Below, piece by piece: positions 1-9,617 of a stretch of DNA of 64,000 bases. The stretch's first letter is position 1. The number at the start of each line of letters is the position of its first letter. Below the pieces are notes generated by a model that worked only from the letters and a program-made list of their open reading frames with translations, ran no database searches and had not been told where the DNA came from. Location of the stretch: contig JBOEGF010000008.1 of the NCBI GenBank assembly GCA_050633305.1, forward strand, positions 64,001 through 128,000, in the 5' to 3' direction. The DNA comes from Nannocystales bacterium (GTDB lineage: Bacteria > Myxococcota_A > Polyangia > Nannocystales > Nannocystaceae). The position numbers were made by a program, and so were the translations under genes.

Positions 1-1
1 A

Positions 2-616
2 ACCGTGTTCTCCGCCGGCGACATGCTGCTCTCCACCCGATGGGGGCTGGTCCGCAACGAGGATGTCCGAGGCTGGACGCTCGACCTCAACCTCGGTGTC
101 AACCTCCCGACCGGTCGCGTTCGTCCAGACCCTTTTCATCCCGACAACGAGCGCGGCGTTGAGCAGCTCTCTCACGGATCGGGCTCCGTCGACCCCTCCT
201 ACGGGCTGGAGTCCTACTACAACGCCGGGAAGTGGGGTCTGACGACCTTCTCCACAGCCCGGGTCCCCGTGGCAACCAATCGGTACGGCAACCGGGCTGC
301 GCGGGTCCTGCAAGGGGGCGTCGGGGTTGCCTCCGGGTTCGGACTGGTGCGGTGGCGCTTCCTGTTCCAGCAGGAGGTGTTCGCTGCTGGGCCCGTTCGG
401 TGGGGAGAGACCGAGGCACCCAGCACGGGCCGAGTCTCGCTCATCGCCTCCGCGGGAGCGTTCTTTCAGCCCCGGCCCCGCCTCGGTCTGCACACCAAGG
501 TGTCCGCGCCCTACTACACGTTTGCGCGTGATGGGGAATTCCTCTGGCCCTTCGTCGTCTCGGTCGGCATCAACTACACGTTCCACTTGGTGCCCGAAGA
601 AAAGCACCACCACTGA
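2..616 (+). CDS. Outer-membrane beta-barrel/transporter-family protein, C-terminal part (5' end outside window), His-rich C-terminus
   Basis: Open from window edge; 'GD..L', 'LGVNLPTG', 'GSGSVD' and amphipathic strands ending 'VGINYTF'; terminal KHHH. Confidence 0.55.
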   Translation, partial: TVFSAGDMLLSTRWGLVRNEDVRGWTLDLNLGVNLPTGRVRPDPFHPDNERGVEQLSHGSGSVDPSYGLESYYNAGKWGLTTFSTARVPVATNRYGNRAARVLQGGVGVASGFGLVRWRFLFQQEVFAAGPVRWGETEAPSTGRVSLIASAGAFFQPRPRLGLHTKVSAPYYTFARDGEFLWPFVVSVGINYTFHLVPEEKHHH

Positions 617-655
617 CGGAGGGTGAGTTCATTCCGGGATCGGCGAGGCCGCACC

Positions 656-672
656 GTTGCACTGTCTGCAAC
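656..672. promoter_or_regulatory. Palindrome GTTGCA-N5-TGCAAC, putative operator upstream of hemerythrin-like gene
   Basis: Perfect 6-bp arms in intergenic DNA ~70 bp before ATG 744. Confidence 0.35.
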
Positions 673-743
673 AGTCATGTCCGTAGAAGCGGAACATCGG
701 GTGCTCTTGCCAAGACAAGCCTGGTGACTAGCTTTCCTCCGTC

Positions 744-1199
744 ATGCGACAGATCAAGCGCGAAGACTGGGAGAGCCACAAAAACTACCCGCACCAAGTC
801 CTGCTGCTCGGTTCGCACGAGAACTTCCGCCGGATCAGCAGCCTTCTCGTTCACCGAGCCCAACACTCGGGCGAGGTCTCAGGGATCGAGTCCCTGTACC
901 GGCGCTGGAAGTCTGCGATGCGCGGCCACGAGTACTACGAGGAACACAAGCTCTACCCGTACCTCGCAGAGCGTTGGGGCGTGTCGTTTCGCGACGCAGA
1001 GGCCGGCCATGAGGCCCTACGAGAGCGAGACCGCGATGTGCACTCGGCATTCCGCGACACCACCTCCTCAACCGCACTAACCGATGCGATGCACGGCCAT
1101 CACAACGTCCTCATCGAGCACCTTCAGTACGAGGAAGACTTGGTCATCCCGCTTCTTCTCGAACTCCCCGCAGAGGAGTTTCGTCGCACGTTCGGCTAG
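744..1199 (+). CDS. Hemerythrin/HHE cation-binding domain protein
   Basis: H..., 'HEYYEEHKLYP', 'GHEAL', 'EHLQYEEDLVIP' HxxxE repeats. Confidence 0.75.
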   Translation: MRQIKREDWESHKNYPHQVLLLGSHENFRRISSLLVHRAQHSGEVSGIESLYRRWKSAMRGHEYYEEHKLYPYLAERWGVSFRDAEAGHEALRERDRDVHSAFRDTTSSTALTDAMHGHHNVLIEHLQYEEDLVIPLLLELPAEEFRRTFG

Positions 1200-1374
1200 C
1201 CGCCCACGCGACCTCGGTGTCGAGTCCGCAGACCGACACCGAGGGGCACGCGAACGGGCCAGCCTGCCCAGACTGCGGCCGGGCCGCGCCATCGATCGGC
1301 GCGCGCCGTCCCGCTTCGGGCAGATGCCGCGCACCGACGTGGTGACCGACGCGTGCTAGGCTCTTGACGCAGGC

Positions 1375-1986
1375 GTGAGCAACGAGGCGAAGTTTCCGGC
1401 GTTGACGGAATACCTGGCGAGCGTCCCTCACGGACTCGACAGCTACCCGGATTATTGGGCAAAGGCCTCACTGTACCGGGGAATGCTCGAGGGCCGCCCG
1501 CTGGTCGAGCCCATGCTCACCGACCTGCCCTTGGAGCTCCAAGCTCTGGTCGAACACCCGGTTCCGGTCTCCAGTTGGATGCCGGAGGTCCACAGCCACG
1601 CACTCATGCTGGCCATCTACGACACCCACTTCGGAGATCTCGACCGCTTCGTCGCGTGGGCCTACGACCAGCAGCGCGCGCTGTTCACCGGGCCTCTGTA
1701 CTCGGTCGCCATGCGCCTCGTTTCTCCAGGTCTGTTGTTCAAGACCGCCGCGGTTCGCTTCCGCATGTTCCACCGAGGGGCAAGCCTGGCGGTCGTGGAG
1801 CGCCGCGGCAACGGAGGGATCGCGAAGTTGGAGTATCCCCCCTGTCTGTATGACTCGATCTCGCGAGCCGGTCTGTGTGCAGGTCTACGTGCCGCCTTGG
1901 ACCTGACGGTCTCGGGACAATCCTCGATCGAGGTCATCGAGGCCGGAGACGACTACGCCCTTCTCAGCGCACGCTGGGACCGTTGA
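1375..1986 (+). CDS. Myxobacterial DUF2378-like hypothetical protein
   Basis: 'YLASVPHGLDSYP', 'PVSSWMP', 'PLY...RLVSP..LF...RFRMFHRG' pattern typical of this family. Confidence 0.55.
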   Translation: MSNEAKFPALTEYLASVPHGLDSYPDYWAKASLYRGMLEGRPLVEPMLTDLPLELQALVEHPVPVSSWMPEVHSHALMLAIYDTHFGDLDRFVAWAYDQQRALFTGPLYSVAMRLVSPGLLFKTAAVRFRMFHRGASLAVVERRGNGGIAKLEYPPCLYDSISRAGLCAGLRAALDLTVSGQSSIEVIEAGDDYALLSARWDR

Positions 1987-2009
1987 GCGCCCCCCTGCGC
2001 CCGGAGCCT

Positions 2010-2885
2010 CTACGACCGTACGACCACACCGGGTCGCTCAAACGTCTCACGCAGCAGCTTCGGCGGGTTGAGCATCGAGCGGTGCCGATGTACGTCGTAG
2101 ACCTGCAAGCCGGCAAGCCCGTCGATGCGGGCCTGAAGGTCGGCCGGCTCCAAGTCGTGGGGACGAGGCGAGGCGAGCAAGAATCCCCAGGTCGCCTGGA
2201 ACGAAGGCACGAACGAATAGACCAGCTGGACCCACGGGAACACCTCGGCCAGCGTCGAACGAGTCGAGCGGATACCCGAGGGGTCGGTCAGGCTCAGCTC
2301 TCCCGCCTGGAGTACGACCACCCCATCTTCGGTGAGGACGCGAGCGATCTCCTCGAAGAACGGTACGGTCAGCACGCCCACCGAGGGCCCACCGGTTACG
2401 GGCTCGGTGAGGTCGAGGACCGCAGCATCAAAGCTGTTCGGCGCCTCGCTCACGAGGCCCTCGCGGATGTCCTGCAGTCGAATCTCGACCTTCGGATCAT
2501 CGAATGCCCCTTCGTGCCATGGCTCGAGATGGACCCTGCAGGCGTCAATGACGTCCCCGTCGAGGTCGAAGCCGACAATGCTCTCCACGCTGCGGTGACG
2601 CAAAATTTCCCGCAACGTCGCGCCCTCTCCCGCACCGCCGACCAGCACACGCCGCGGGTTTCCGTGGACCACCAACGCAGGATGGATCAGGGGCTCGTGG
2701 TAGAGCATCTCGTCGCTCACCGCGGACTGAATCATTCCGTCCAAGAACAAGGCCCGCCCGTAGGCGGCGGTCTCGGCGATGACGAGGTCTTGATAGCGCG
2801 TCCGCTGTTCGAGGATGACTTCGTCCAGCTCGAAGTCGATCCAGACTCCGGCCGACTCTTCGCGAATGGTTCTTGATGGGCTCAT
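2010..2885 (-). CDS. speE: Spermidine synthase / polyamine aminopropyltransferase
   Basis: 'RTRYQ', 'YGRALFLDGMIQS', 'YHEPLIHP', 'GGAGEGATLRE', 'DLTEP'; start at ATG 2885 chosen. Confidence 0.88.
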   Translation of the reverse strand: MSPSRTIREESAGVWIDFELDEVILEQRTRYQDLVIAETAAYGRALFLDGMIQSAVSDEMLYHEPLIHPALVVHGNPRRVLVGGAGEGATLREILRHRSVESIVGFDLDGDVIDACRVHLEPWHEGAFDDPKVEIRLQDIREGLVSEAPNSFDAAVLDLTEPVTGGPSVGVLTVPFFEEIARVLTEDGVVVLQAGELSLTDPSGIRSTRSTLAEVFPWVQLVYSFVPSFQATWGFLLASPRPHDLEPADLQARIDGLAGLQVYDVHRHRSMLNPPKLLRETFERPGVVVRS

Positions 2886-3002
2886 GGCAGCTCGACCTTC
2901 GTGATGTGCCCGAGTCACAACACCCGAGCAGCACCGGGGCGCATATCATGTCGCCGAGCCCCAGACGAATCCCGTTGCGCCGAGCCCGGATGGGCGCATG
3001 CC

Positions 3003-3599
3003 CTAGAAGTCCGCGAGGATCGCGGCCTTCTTCGCCTCGAATTCTTCGTCGTTGAGCAAGCCCTCTCGCTTCGCCTCCTTGAGCTGCTCGAGCTTCTCTT
3101 TGAGGGTCTTGTTGCCCTTGTGCTGAGCCGCCTTCTCTTCCTTCTTCTCCTTGTAGACCTCTTGGAAGATCGTCTTCAGCTCATCCTCTCCGAGCGTCCG
3201 GCCGCTGGCGAAGTAACGGTTCGACGCCTCACCGATGGCCCAGGTCAGCGCGTAGGCCATCGAGATGGTGACGACCCAGCCGAAGAACGGGATGAACTTC
3301 GCGGCCGCCATGATCACGTTCTGCGCCACGATGCTGGCGCCGAACGTGCTCAACATCTCCAGAATCGACTTCCGGTTCATCTCGTAGCCGTGGATCTTTC
3401 CGATCCCTTGGACCATCGCGATCTGCACGGGAGCGATGAGCGCTGAGTCGAGGAAGGGCACTGGCTGAACCGTCAGCGCGCCGGCAGCAACGCTGCAGAC
3501 CTGCACCAGCTCCTTGATGGCAGTCCGCTTCTCGGCGTCGGTCGCGTTGTCGTAGTTGCCGTCGAGGACGCGCTTGATCGTGTCGAGATGACCGGACAT
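3003..3599 (-). CDS. DUF697/YcjF-like protein with C-terminal SHOCT domain
   Basis: 'PVPFLD..LIAPVQIAMV..I..IHG', 'KFIPFFGW'; C-term 'LEQLKEAKREGLLNDEEFEAKKAAIL'. Confidence 0.75.
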   Translation of the reverse strand: MSGHLDTIKRVLDGNYDNATDAEKRTAIKELVQVCSVAAGALTVQPVPFLDSALIAPVQIAMVQGIGKIHGYEMNRKSILEMLSTFGASIVAQNVIMAAAKFIPFFGWVVTISMAYALTWAIGEASNRYFASGRTLGEDELKTIFQEVYKEKKEEKAAQHKGNKTLKEKLEQLKEAKREGLLNDEEFEAKKAAILADF

Positions 3600-3789
3600 C
3601 GGGCGGCATCGTATCTGCGAAGGGCCGAACCGACCAGCGCTGCGAGCAGCGCCAACACATCACAGTGGCGGTGGACAGACCCAATCCTCGCGCTCGCCAG
3701 GGCCCGCCAGCCCGCCTACAACGTGGGCAGCTGCCCACCACAATCGTGACCGGTCAAATATGCGGGGGACTCCCATCGTCGAACGATGA

Positions 3790-4848
3790 GTGCGACGTCG
3801 AAGTCTCATTGGACTCAGTCTCGGGGTCGCCGTGACTGTGGGCTGCGAAAAGGATCGTAGCGCCACCACGAGCCCCCAGCAGAATCCTGGCCTGCGCTGC
3901 CGCAGCCGGGTCGAGCCCGAGCAACTGCTCCCCGGAGACGCGCGGTTCGTCGCCTACTACAACATGGACCGCGAGCGACGATTCGCGCCGCGAGTCTCCA
4001 CCGAACCCAGCGGGGGGCCGAGGAATCTCCTCCCCATCGAGGTCGAAGCTGTCCGCGTGGCATGGATAGGAGTCTCCGCCGCCTGCGAACTGGACGATCG
4101 TTTTTTCGGCGAAGCGTGGTTGGCGGTCGATGCCGAAGAGGAGGCCGTGGTCGTTCTGTCGGGCCAAGGCATCGGCAATGAAAAGAACTTGCGATGCATC
4201 TCGAACCGGCTCTCGGCGATCGACCCAAGCTTCGTCGATGGCACGGTCATCCGCTCCGCAGAATGCGGTTTGGAGATCGACGCCGAATATGACGACGTCT
4301 CGGGCTTCGCCCCCTCGGACGATGTGCTCGTCTTGGGCACGATCCCTGCCGTCGAGCGGGCCCGTGCGGTGTGGAACGGCCGTTTCCCAGATCCACCGGC
4401 GGACCTGCTCCCGCCCAAGCGCACCAAAGCTTGGCTCTGGGGGGCGGTGGACGTGGACGCGTTGCTCTCCCCGAGCGAGGTCGCGGACGTTTTTGCGGAC
4501 GGTGGCCACGGCGAGTTCGGTGCGCTCTCCACCGTCAAGACCATAGAATTCCAGGCCGCGATGACCCGGCGATTCTCACTCGAGGCGGGCGCAACCTTCC
4601 CCAGCGATGCGGATGTTCGCGCAGTCAGGGCCGTCCTCGACGCCATGGTCGCCGCGCCACCGCCTGCGCTCCCGACTTGGGCAAAATCCTTGTTCTCGAA
4701 GAGTCGAGTGAGCAGCCACGGCCCTCGCGTCACAGTCTCTCTCCCCCTGGACCGGCGGACCGCGTACGACATGGGTCTGATCCCCAGCCACACGGAGGCC
4801 AATCAGATGCCGGCGTTCGCTTGGCTGTCCGCGATCATCGTCCTGTAG
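3790..4848 (+). CDS. Hypothetical lipoprotein
   Basis: Basic N-terminus, hydrophobic core, 'TVGC' lipobox; 352 aa. Confidence 0.6.
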   Translation: MRRRSLIGLSLGVAVTVGCEKDRSATTSPQQNPGLRCRSRVEPEQLLPGDARFVAYYNMDRERRFAPRVSTEPSGGPRNLLPIEVEAVRVAWIGVSAACELDDRFFGEAWLAVDAEEEAVVVLSGQGIGNEKNLRCISNRLSAIDPSFVDGTVIRSAECGLEIDAEYDDVSGFAPSDDVLVLGTIPAVERARAVWNGRFPDPPADLLPPKRTKAWLWGAVDVDALLSPSEVADVFADGGHGEFGALSTVKTIEFQAAMTRRFSLEAGATFPSDADVRAVRAVLDAMVAAPPPALPTWAKSLFSKSRVSSHGPRVTVSLPLDRRTAYDMGLIPSHTEANQMPAFAWLSAIIVL

Positions 4849-4851
4849 TCC

Positions 4852-5700
4852 GTGTCCGTGGCGCGAACAGGACAAGGCCCAAGAACAGGCGCGTCCCCAC
4901 GGCCCACGGTCGCGCTCACCACTGAGAAGGCTCCGTGTTTCCACGACCCGGACTGGGCCGGCGCTTCGTTCAGCGCAGCCACTTCGACACTCAGAGAAGC
5001 CGAGGAACGGACGATTCGGATCGGGTCCACGTTGGAAGTTTTGCGCAGCTTCGTCTACGCTGGACCAGGCCTCTCTGTGGCATTCCGTCCCAAGTCCGGC
5101 ATCAAGGGCTCCATGCTTCGAGAGTTCGTGGTTTGGTACAGCGAGGCGAACCCAGGCAAGTTGCAGCAGGTCATCGAGGGGCTGTCAGAGGAGCTCCAAG
5201 CCCCGTTTGATCCAGCGCACCCGACCCTCGGAATGCTCCCATCACGATGGTACCCCGCCCCGGCGGTTCACGCGGTGATCGACAGCATGCTCGACGGGAT
5301 GCTCGCCCGCGACGTCAACCAGCTCGCGCAAATGGCCGGCGCGACAACGGTGGCGCGAATGAAGGACAACGGCGTTTACAACCTGTTCTTCCGCTGGGTG
5401 CTACGCCCGTCGAACTACAGCAAGATCATCCAGGCGATGTGGACGCTCAACTACGACTCCGGACGCTTGGAGACCATCGACCATGGTCCTTGTCGGCAAG
5501 AAGGCCGCGTCCACGACTGGAACTCGCACCACCCGTTCTTGTGCCGAACCAACATCGCGGTGAAGCGCAGCGTGTGGGAAGCGATGGGGTGCATCGGTGC
5601 ACGGATCGAAGAGCAGTTCTGCATCTCCGATGGTGCTCCGTACTGCGGGTCGGTGATTTCGTGGCAGCCAGGCACGCCGCGAGACGAACCCGAAGGCTGA
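4852..5700 (+). CDS. Myxobacterial V4R/DUF2378-like hypothetical protein (start uncertain)
   Basis: 'IKGSML', 'LPSRWYP', 'W.LNYDSG', C-terminal 'CISDGAPYC' V4R-like motif. Confidence 0.55.
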   Translation: MSVARTGQGPRTGASPRPTVALTTEKAPCFHDPDWAGASFSAATSTLREAEERTIRIGSTLEVLRSFVYAGPGLSVAFRPKSGIKGSMLREFVVWYSEANPGKLQQVIEGLSEELQAPFDPAHPTLGMLPSRWYPAPAVHAVIDSMLDGMLARDVNQLAQMAGATTVARMKDNGVYNLFFRWVLRPSNYSKIIQAMWTLNYDSGRLETIDHGPCRQEGRVHDWNSHHPFLCRTNIAVKRSVWEAMGCIGARIEEQFCISDGAPYCGSVISWQPGTPRDEPEG

Positions 5701-5747
5701 GTTTCGGGGCGACCTGTCACCCAACGCGCGGAGCCCAAACTGCGGGG

Positions 5748-6428
5748 TCATGCCAAGCGAACAGACCCGGCCTCTTCGTCGCTCGACCCACGTCCACCGC
5801 CCGCGGAGAGCAGAGAGACAGCCTCAGGAGACAACGCAGCCCGACGACGTCCTGCGGCTCTCATTTTCGCGGAGACGGCGTAGCCATTGGCGCCAAGCGT
5901 TCGCTCGAGGAGGACTCCCACAGGGAGGTCGAACTGGAACACGAAGTTGCGGAGCAGCCAGATGTCGAGCGCGATCAGCTCGCGGAGTAGACCCGTCGAC
6001 GATTCAAGGGCGCTCTGGCGTCTCCCGCGGAGATCGGCCTGTGCCCGGCGAAGCGCCAACTGTTCCGCGGAGCCCAAGGACAACCGAACATGCATGCTGA
6101 CGCCCGCGGCAAAGAGTCGCCGAAACAACCGCAGCTGAGCCGCGCAGAGCCGTTGCGCGACAACCTCAAGACGGGAGGGGTCGAGGTCAGGCGGGAATCC
6201 CCAAGTTCCGCCTCCGTCGGGACCGTTGCACACGAGGACGCTGATCCGCGTGGTCCCTGGCGACGCGGTGGCGGCCGTGACCAGCGCCTGATCGACCCGC
6301 ATCGCAGCTCCGCCGGCCGTATCCAGCGCAGCCTCGGCGAGTCCGACCTCCACCTGGGGAGTCACCACGAGCACGTGTTCGTCGGCCTCGAGGTCGGCCA
6401 AAGGCCGGCGTTCAACGACCACGCTCAC
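5748..6428 (-). CDS. Hypothetical protein, translationally coupled to upstream SBP-like gene
   Basis: GTG 6428 overlaps TGA of upstream gene (GTGA); protein-like composition from VSVVVERR onward. Confidence 0.5.
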   Translation of the reverse strand: MSVVVERRPLADLEADEHVLVVTPQVEVGLAEAALDTAGGAAMRVDQALVTAATASPGTTRISVLVCNGPDGGGTWGFPPDLDPSRLEVVAQRLCAAQLRLFRRLFAAGVSMHVRLSLGSAEQLALRRAQADLRGRRQSALESSTGLLRELIALDIWLLRNFVFQFDLPVGVLLERTLGANGYAVSAKMRAAGRRRAALSPEAVSLLSAGGGRGSSDEEAGSVRLA

Positions 6429-7451
6429 GACAGCACCTCGGCGTCGGAGACATCGACGATGCCGCCTGCAAGGAGCCGCAGCGCTCGGACTCGGGGGCCG
6501 GTCACCATGACCGATGGCCCGTGGCACAGCGGAACAACCGAGGCGTAGCGGGCCGCGAGCGCTTCGATCTCAGCCGACGCCGATCCGCCACCGCGAGCGC
6601 GAACCTCGGCGAGTACACGGTCGATCTCCGGCTCGCGTATCCGGCCGAGATTGAAACTCGCCGCGAGGTCGCGGGGCCCCCCGGGGATCGACTCCGAATG
6701 CAGGAGTGCCTCGTAGAAGGAAATCGGGTCGAGATCGTCGGCGGACCAACCAACGAGAAACAGGTCGTAGTCTCCCGAGCACGCCCGCGAGAGGGCCTCG
6801 GCTGGCGTTGCTGCGGGTTTGATGGTGACTGCGACTCCGACCAGGGCCAGCGCCTCCGCGACCGCCTCACCCGCGCGCCACGGATCGGCGAGGTACGGAC
6901 GGGGAGCCCACGGGGTCAGCATCACGAGATCTCGACCCGCGAGTCGCTCGGGTGCAAACGCATCTTTGGCCTGGACCGGGTCAAAGGGCCACCAAGCTTC
7001 TGAAGGCCTCGATGATTGAAGAGACGGAGGCAGCAGTCCGAGCGCGGCGAACTCGGGGTCATCCGCGTGCGCTGCCGCGGCGATGTCGGCGTGGTTCAAG
7101 GCAGCGGCCAGAGACCTGCGAGCGCCCGCCGACGCGAGGCCTTCCGACTCCGTATTGAGGAACAACAGACCGGTATTGTCGCCAGGTCCGTGACGAACCG
7201 ACGCGTGCTCGAGACCACCGACAGCTTCCGCAGGCACATCTACGGAGACGTCAATTTCGCCCCGGTTGAAGGCAGCGATCAGCGCCTGCAACCCGCCCGC
7301 GTCACTCGGGAACGCGACGATGTGAACCTCTGGGATCGCAGGAAAGGCGCCGGCGGCCGGAACCAGTCGCACATGCTTTGGCTCGCTATCCTCCGAGAGG
7401 CGGTAGGGCCCCTTCGTGAGGGCAACCACTTGTGCCGCGGCTGTCGACATC
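6425..7451 (-). CDS. ABC family-5 solute-binding-like domain (C-terminal half only, no signal peptide)
   Basis: 'KGPYRL', 'AFNRGEIDV', 'LFLNT...ARRSLAAALN', 'PRPYL', 'GDYDLFLVGWSADDLDP..FY', 'VVPLCH'. Confidence 0.65.
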
Positions 7452-7806
7452 GCCTCGCTTGCGACGAAGCTGGGCACGGGTGTGAGCGTGCCGATCGTCA
7501 GCGAGTTCCCGCGGGTCACATCGCGCCCTGTGCGACGCTCCGCTCGCACAGGCAACGCCCTCGCCCAAGATGCCCGAGACGGGACCCCGAGACCGCGACC
7601 GTCCGCGATTGGAACCTCGGCCCGGGCACGACATGGCGCTCGTCTCTGAAGCCAAGGCCACGAGGGAGACGAGCAGCCGCGTTGCGGCGGGCCCATTGCC
7701 GCGGAGCCCAATGTGGGGCTCGACGGTCCGTAGAGTTGCCGCGTCGGCCGCGCGCGTTAGATCAACAGAAGGCAGCGCGAAACGGCGGGCCGAGGCGAGC
7801 GAGGCG

Positions 7807-8208
7807 ATGCCTACCATCCTGATTGTCGACGACGACCCATTCATTCTCCGAGCGCTCTCGCGCATGCTCAAGGCGGGCGGGTACGGAGTGGTGACGCACG
7901 ACTCGGGGTTCGGCCTCAGCGGGGTGGTCCGCAAGCACGACCCAGATCTCCTGTTGCTGGACGTCAACATGCCAGGCTTGAGCGGGGACGGGGCACTGTC
8001 CGCGTTGCACGCCTTGGCCAGCCGCTTCGGGACACTCCCGGTTCCAGTGGTCTTCCACAGCGGCCTGTCCGACGTCGAACTCACCGCGCTCGCGCGCTCG
8101 TGCGGTGCCAAGGGACACCTGTGCAAGCCTGCTCGAAGTGCTGAGGTCCTCGAAATGGTCCGACACGTGTTGCTCGAACGCCAGGGTGCAACCGGAACCG
8201 ACGACTGA
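7807..8208 (+). CDS. Stand-alone CheY-like response regulator
   Basis: 'ILIVDDD', 'PDLLLLDVNMPGLSG', 'VFHS', 'CKP'. Confidence 0.85.
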   Translation: MPTILIVDDDPFILRALSRMLKAGGYGVVTHDSGFGLSGVVRKHDPDLLLLDVNMPGLSGDGALSALHALASRFGTLPVPVVFHSGLSDVELTALARSCGAKGHLCKPARSAEVLEMVRHVLLERQGATGTDD

Positions 8209-8210
8209 CC

Positions 8211-8231
8211 CAGTACGGTGCCGTTGTACTG
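8211..8231. terminator. Hairpin between convergent genes
   Basis: CAGTAC...GTACTG inverted repeat just after stop 8208. Confidence 0.3.
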
Positions 8232-8244
8232 CTGCCGGACGCCG

Positions 8245-8919
8245 TCATAGCGTTCTCAAGTAGTCGCGAAGTTCCCGGCCCGGTCGGCGGGGGAAGGTAT
8301 CGAGGGTCCGCAACGACTTGATGCGGTCTGCTCGGAAGTTGCGAAACCCGTCACGCTCCTCGCACCAGGCCGTGAGGACCCAGGCCATGTCGAACACGGT
8401 CAGACCCAGGACACACACGGTCCTGAGGCTCTCCTCCCCTTCGAGCGACTCGTACGAGATTCGAACCCGACGACGCTCGCGTACAGCAACGCGCAGCCGG
8501 CCTAGGTAACGTAGCGGACCTTTGGCCTGAGCCTTCTTCTTGGAATGGACCAGCAACGGGGCCTCGAGGTAGTGGCCCCGTTCATCCGCTGGCAGCACCG
8601 CTCGAATCTTGGACGCCGCGCGCTTCGCTGCACTCGCCAGGGCGTGGTCTCCCTGCGCCTCGGTCAGCCGCATCCCTAGGACGATCGCATCGAGTTCGTC
8701 ACGATCGAACTTCAACGGGGGCAGGAAGTAGCCCTCGTGGAGCATGTACCCGACGCCGCCCTCTCCGTGAATCGGAGCGCCGGCCTCGCGAAGCGTGTCC
8801 ATGTCCCGGTAGATCGTCCGGACAGACACCCCAAGTTCCTGCGCCAAGCTTGCCGCCGAGATCGGCTGCCTACGCACCCGGAGGTGGTCGAGGATCGCCA
8901 ACAAGCGAATAGCACGCAC
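8245..8919 (-). CDS. YafY-family HTH-WYL transcriptional regulator
   Basis: HTH_11 'LAQELGVSVRTIYRDMDTL', 'GEGGVGY', 'LPPLKF', WYL 'WVLTAWCEERDGFRNFRADRI'. Confidence 0.92.
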   Translation of the reverse strand: MRAIRLLAILDHLRVRRQPISAASLAQELGVSVRTIYRDMDTLREAGAPIHGEGGVGYMLHEGYFLPPLKFDRDELDAIVLGMRLTEAQGDHALASAAKRAASKIRAVLPADERGHYLEAPLLVHSKKKAQAKGPLRYLGRLRVAVRERRRVRISYESLEGEESLRTVCVLGLTVFDMAWVLTAWCEERDGFRNFRADRIKSLRTLDTFPRRPGRELRDYLRTL

Positions 8920-8928
8920 CCTTCCACA

Positions 8929-8945
8929 CTGACACTATCTGTCAG
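8929..8945. promoter_or_regulatory. Putative WYL-regulator operator CTGACA-N5-TGTCAG
   Basis: Perfect 6-bp inverted arms in the 52-bp divergent spacer between regulator and target. Confidence 0.7.
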
Positions 8946-8971
8946 GGTGCGTCCAGTAGGTTGGGCCCACG

Positions 8972-9601
8972 ATGACAGCACAGAGCGTTCGCACGATTGG
9001 ATTCGCCCGCTACCGCAAACACCCCGATGCCAACACAGAGGCCCTCGTGGATGCTTGCCGGACTTGGCGGCATGACTTCCTCGACCAGCAGCCTGGCATC
9101 CTCGCGCACCGCCTCCTGGGCAACCTGCATGGTCACTTCGCGGACGTGATCATGGCGGAGAGCCGCGAGAGCTTCGAGTCCATGGCCAAGGCACATCCCG
9201 AGGCGCCAAGCAGCAAGACCATGTTCGCTCTTCTGGACCCAAGTAGCATCGTCCTGCGAACCAACGACATCCTCGGTGGCGAACTACCGGTCCCGACCGA
9301 CTTCTCCTGTGTGGAGTACGGGACGTTCTCCCCCAAGGCCGACCGAGCACTCACAGACACAGAAGTCATCGAAGCGTCCGCCGAGGTCGAGCGCGACTAC
9401 CTCTCGAGGCACGCAGATGGGCGCGGGCATGTCGTGGCGCGGGTCGACACACAGACCTACGCCGAGATCGCATTTGTGCGCACGCTCGGCTCCGCCCGGG
9501 CGATCTGCGGCGGCTACGTCGACGACCCCGCCTGCGCAAACCTGCTTGGCCTCTTCGACCCGGACAGTGTGGACCTGGATTTTTGGTACGTGCTCGCGTG
9601 A
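8972..9601 (+). CDS. Tandem dimeric alpha-beta barrel (ABM-like) protein, likely WYL target
   Basis: 'FLDQQPGILAHRL...FADVI' repeated by 'YLSRHADGRGH...YAEIAF'; divergent from WYL gene. Confidence 0.6.
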   Translation: MTAQSVRTIGFARYRKHPDANTEALVDACRTWRHDFLDQQPGILAHRLLGNLHGHFADVIMAESRESFESMAKAHPEAPSSKTMFALLDPSSIVLRTNDILGGELPVPTDFSCVEYGTFSPKADRALTDTEVIEASAEVERDYLSRHADGRGHVVARVDTQTYAEIAFVRTLGSARAICGGYVDDPACANLLGLFDPDSVDLDFWYVLA

Positions 9602-9617
9602 CCGTCGCAGCCCGGGT

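Noticed and set aside
8245..8919. WYL protein as a marker of an anti-phage defence island
   Set aside because: It has a YafY-type layout with a small divergent target, and no defence genes are nearby.
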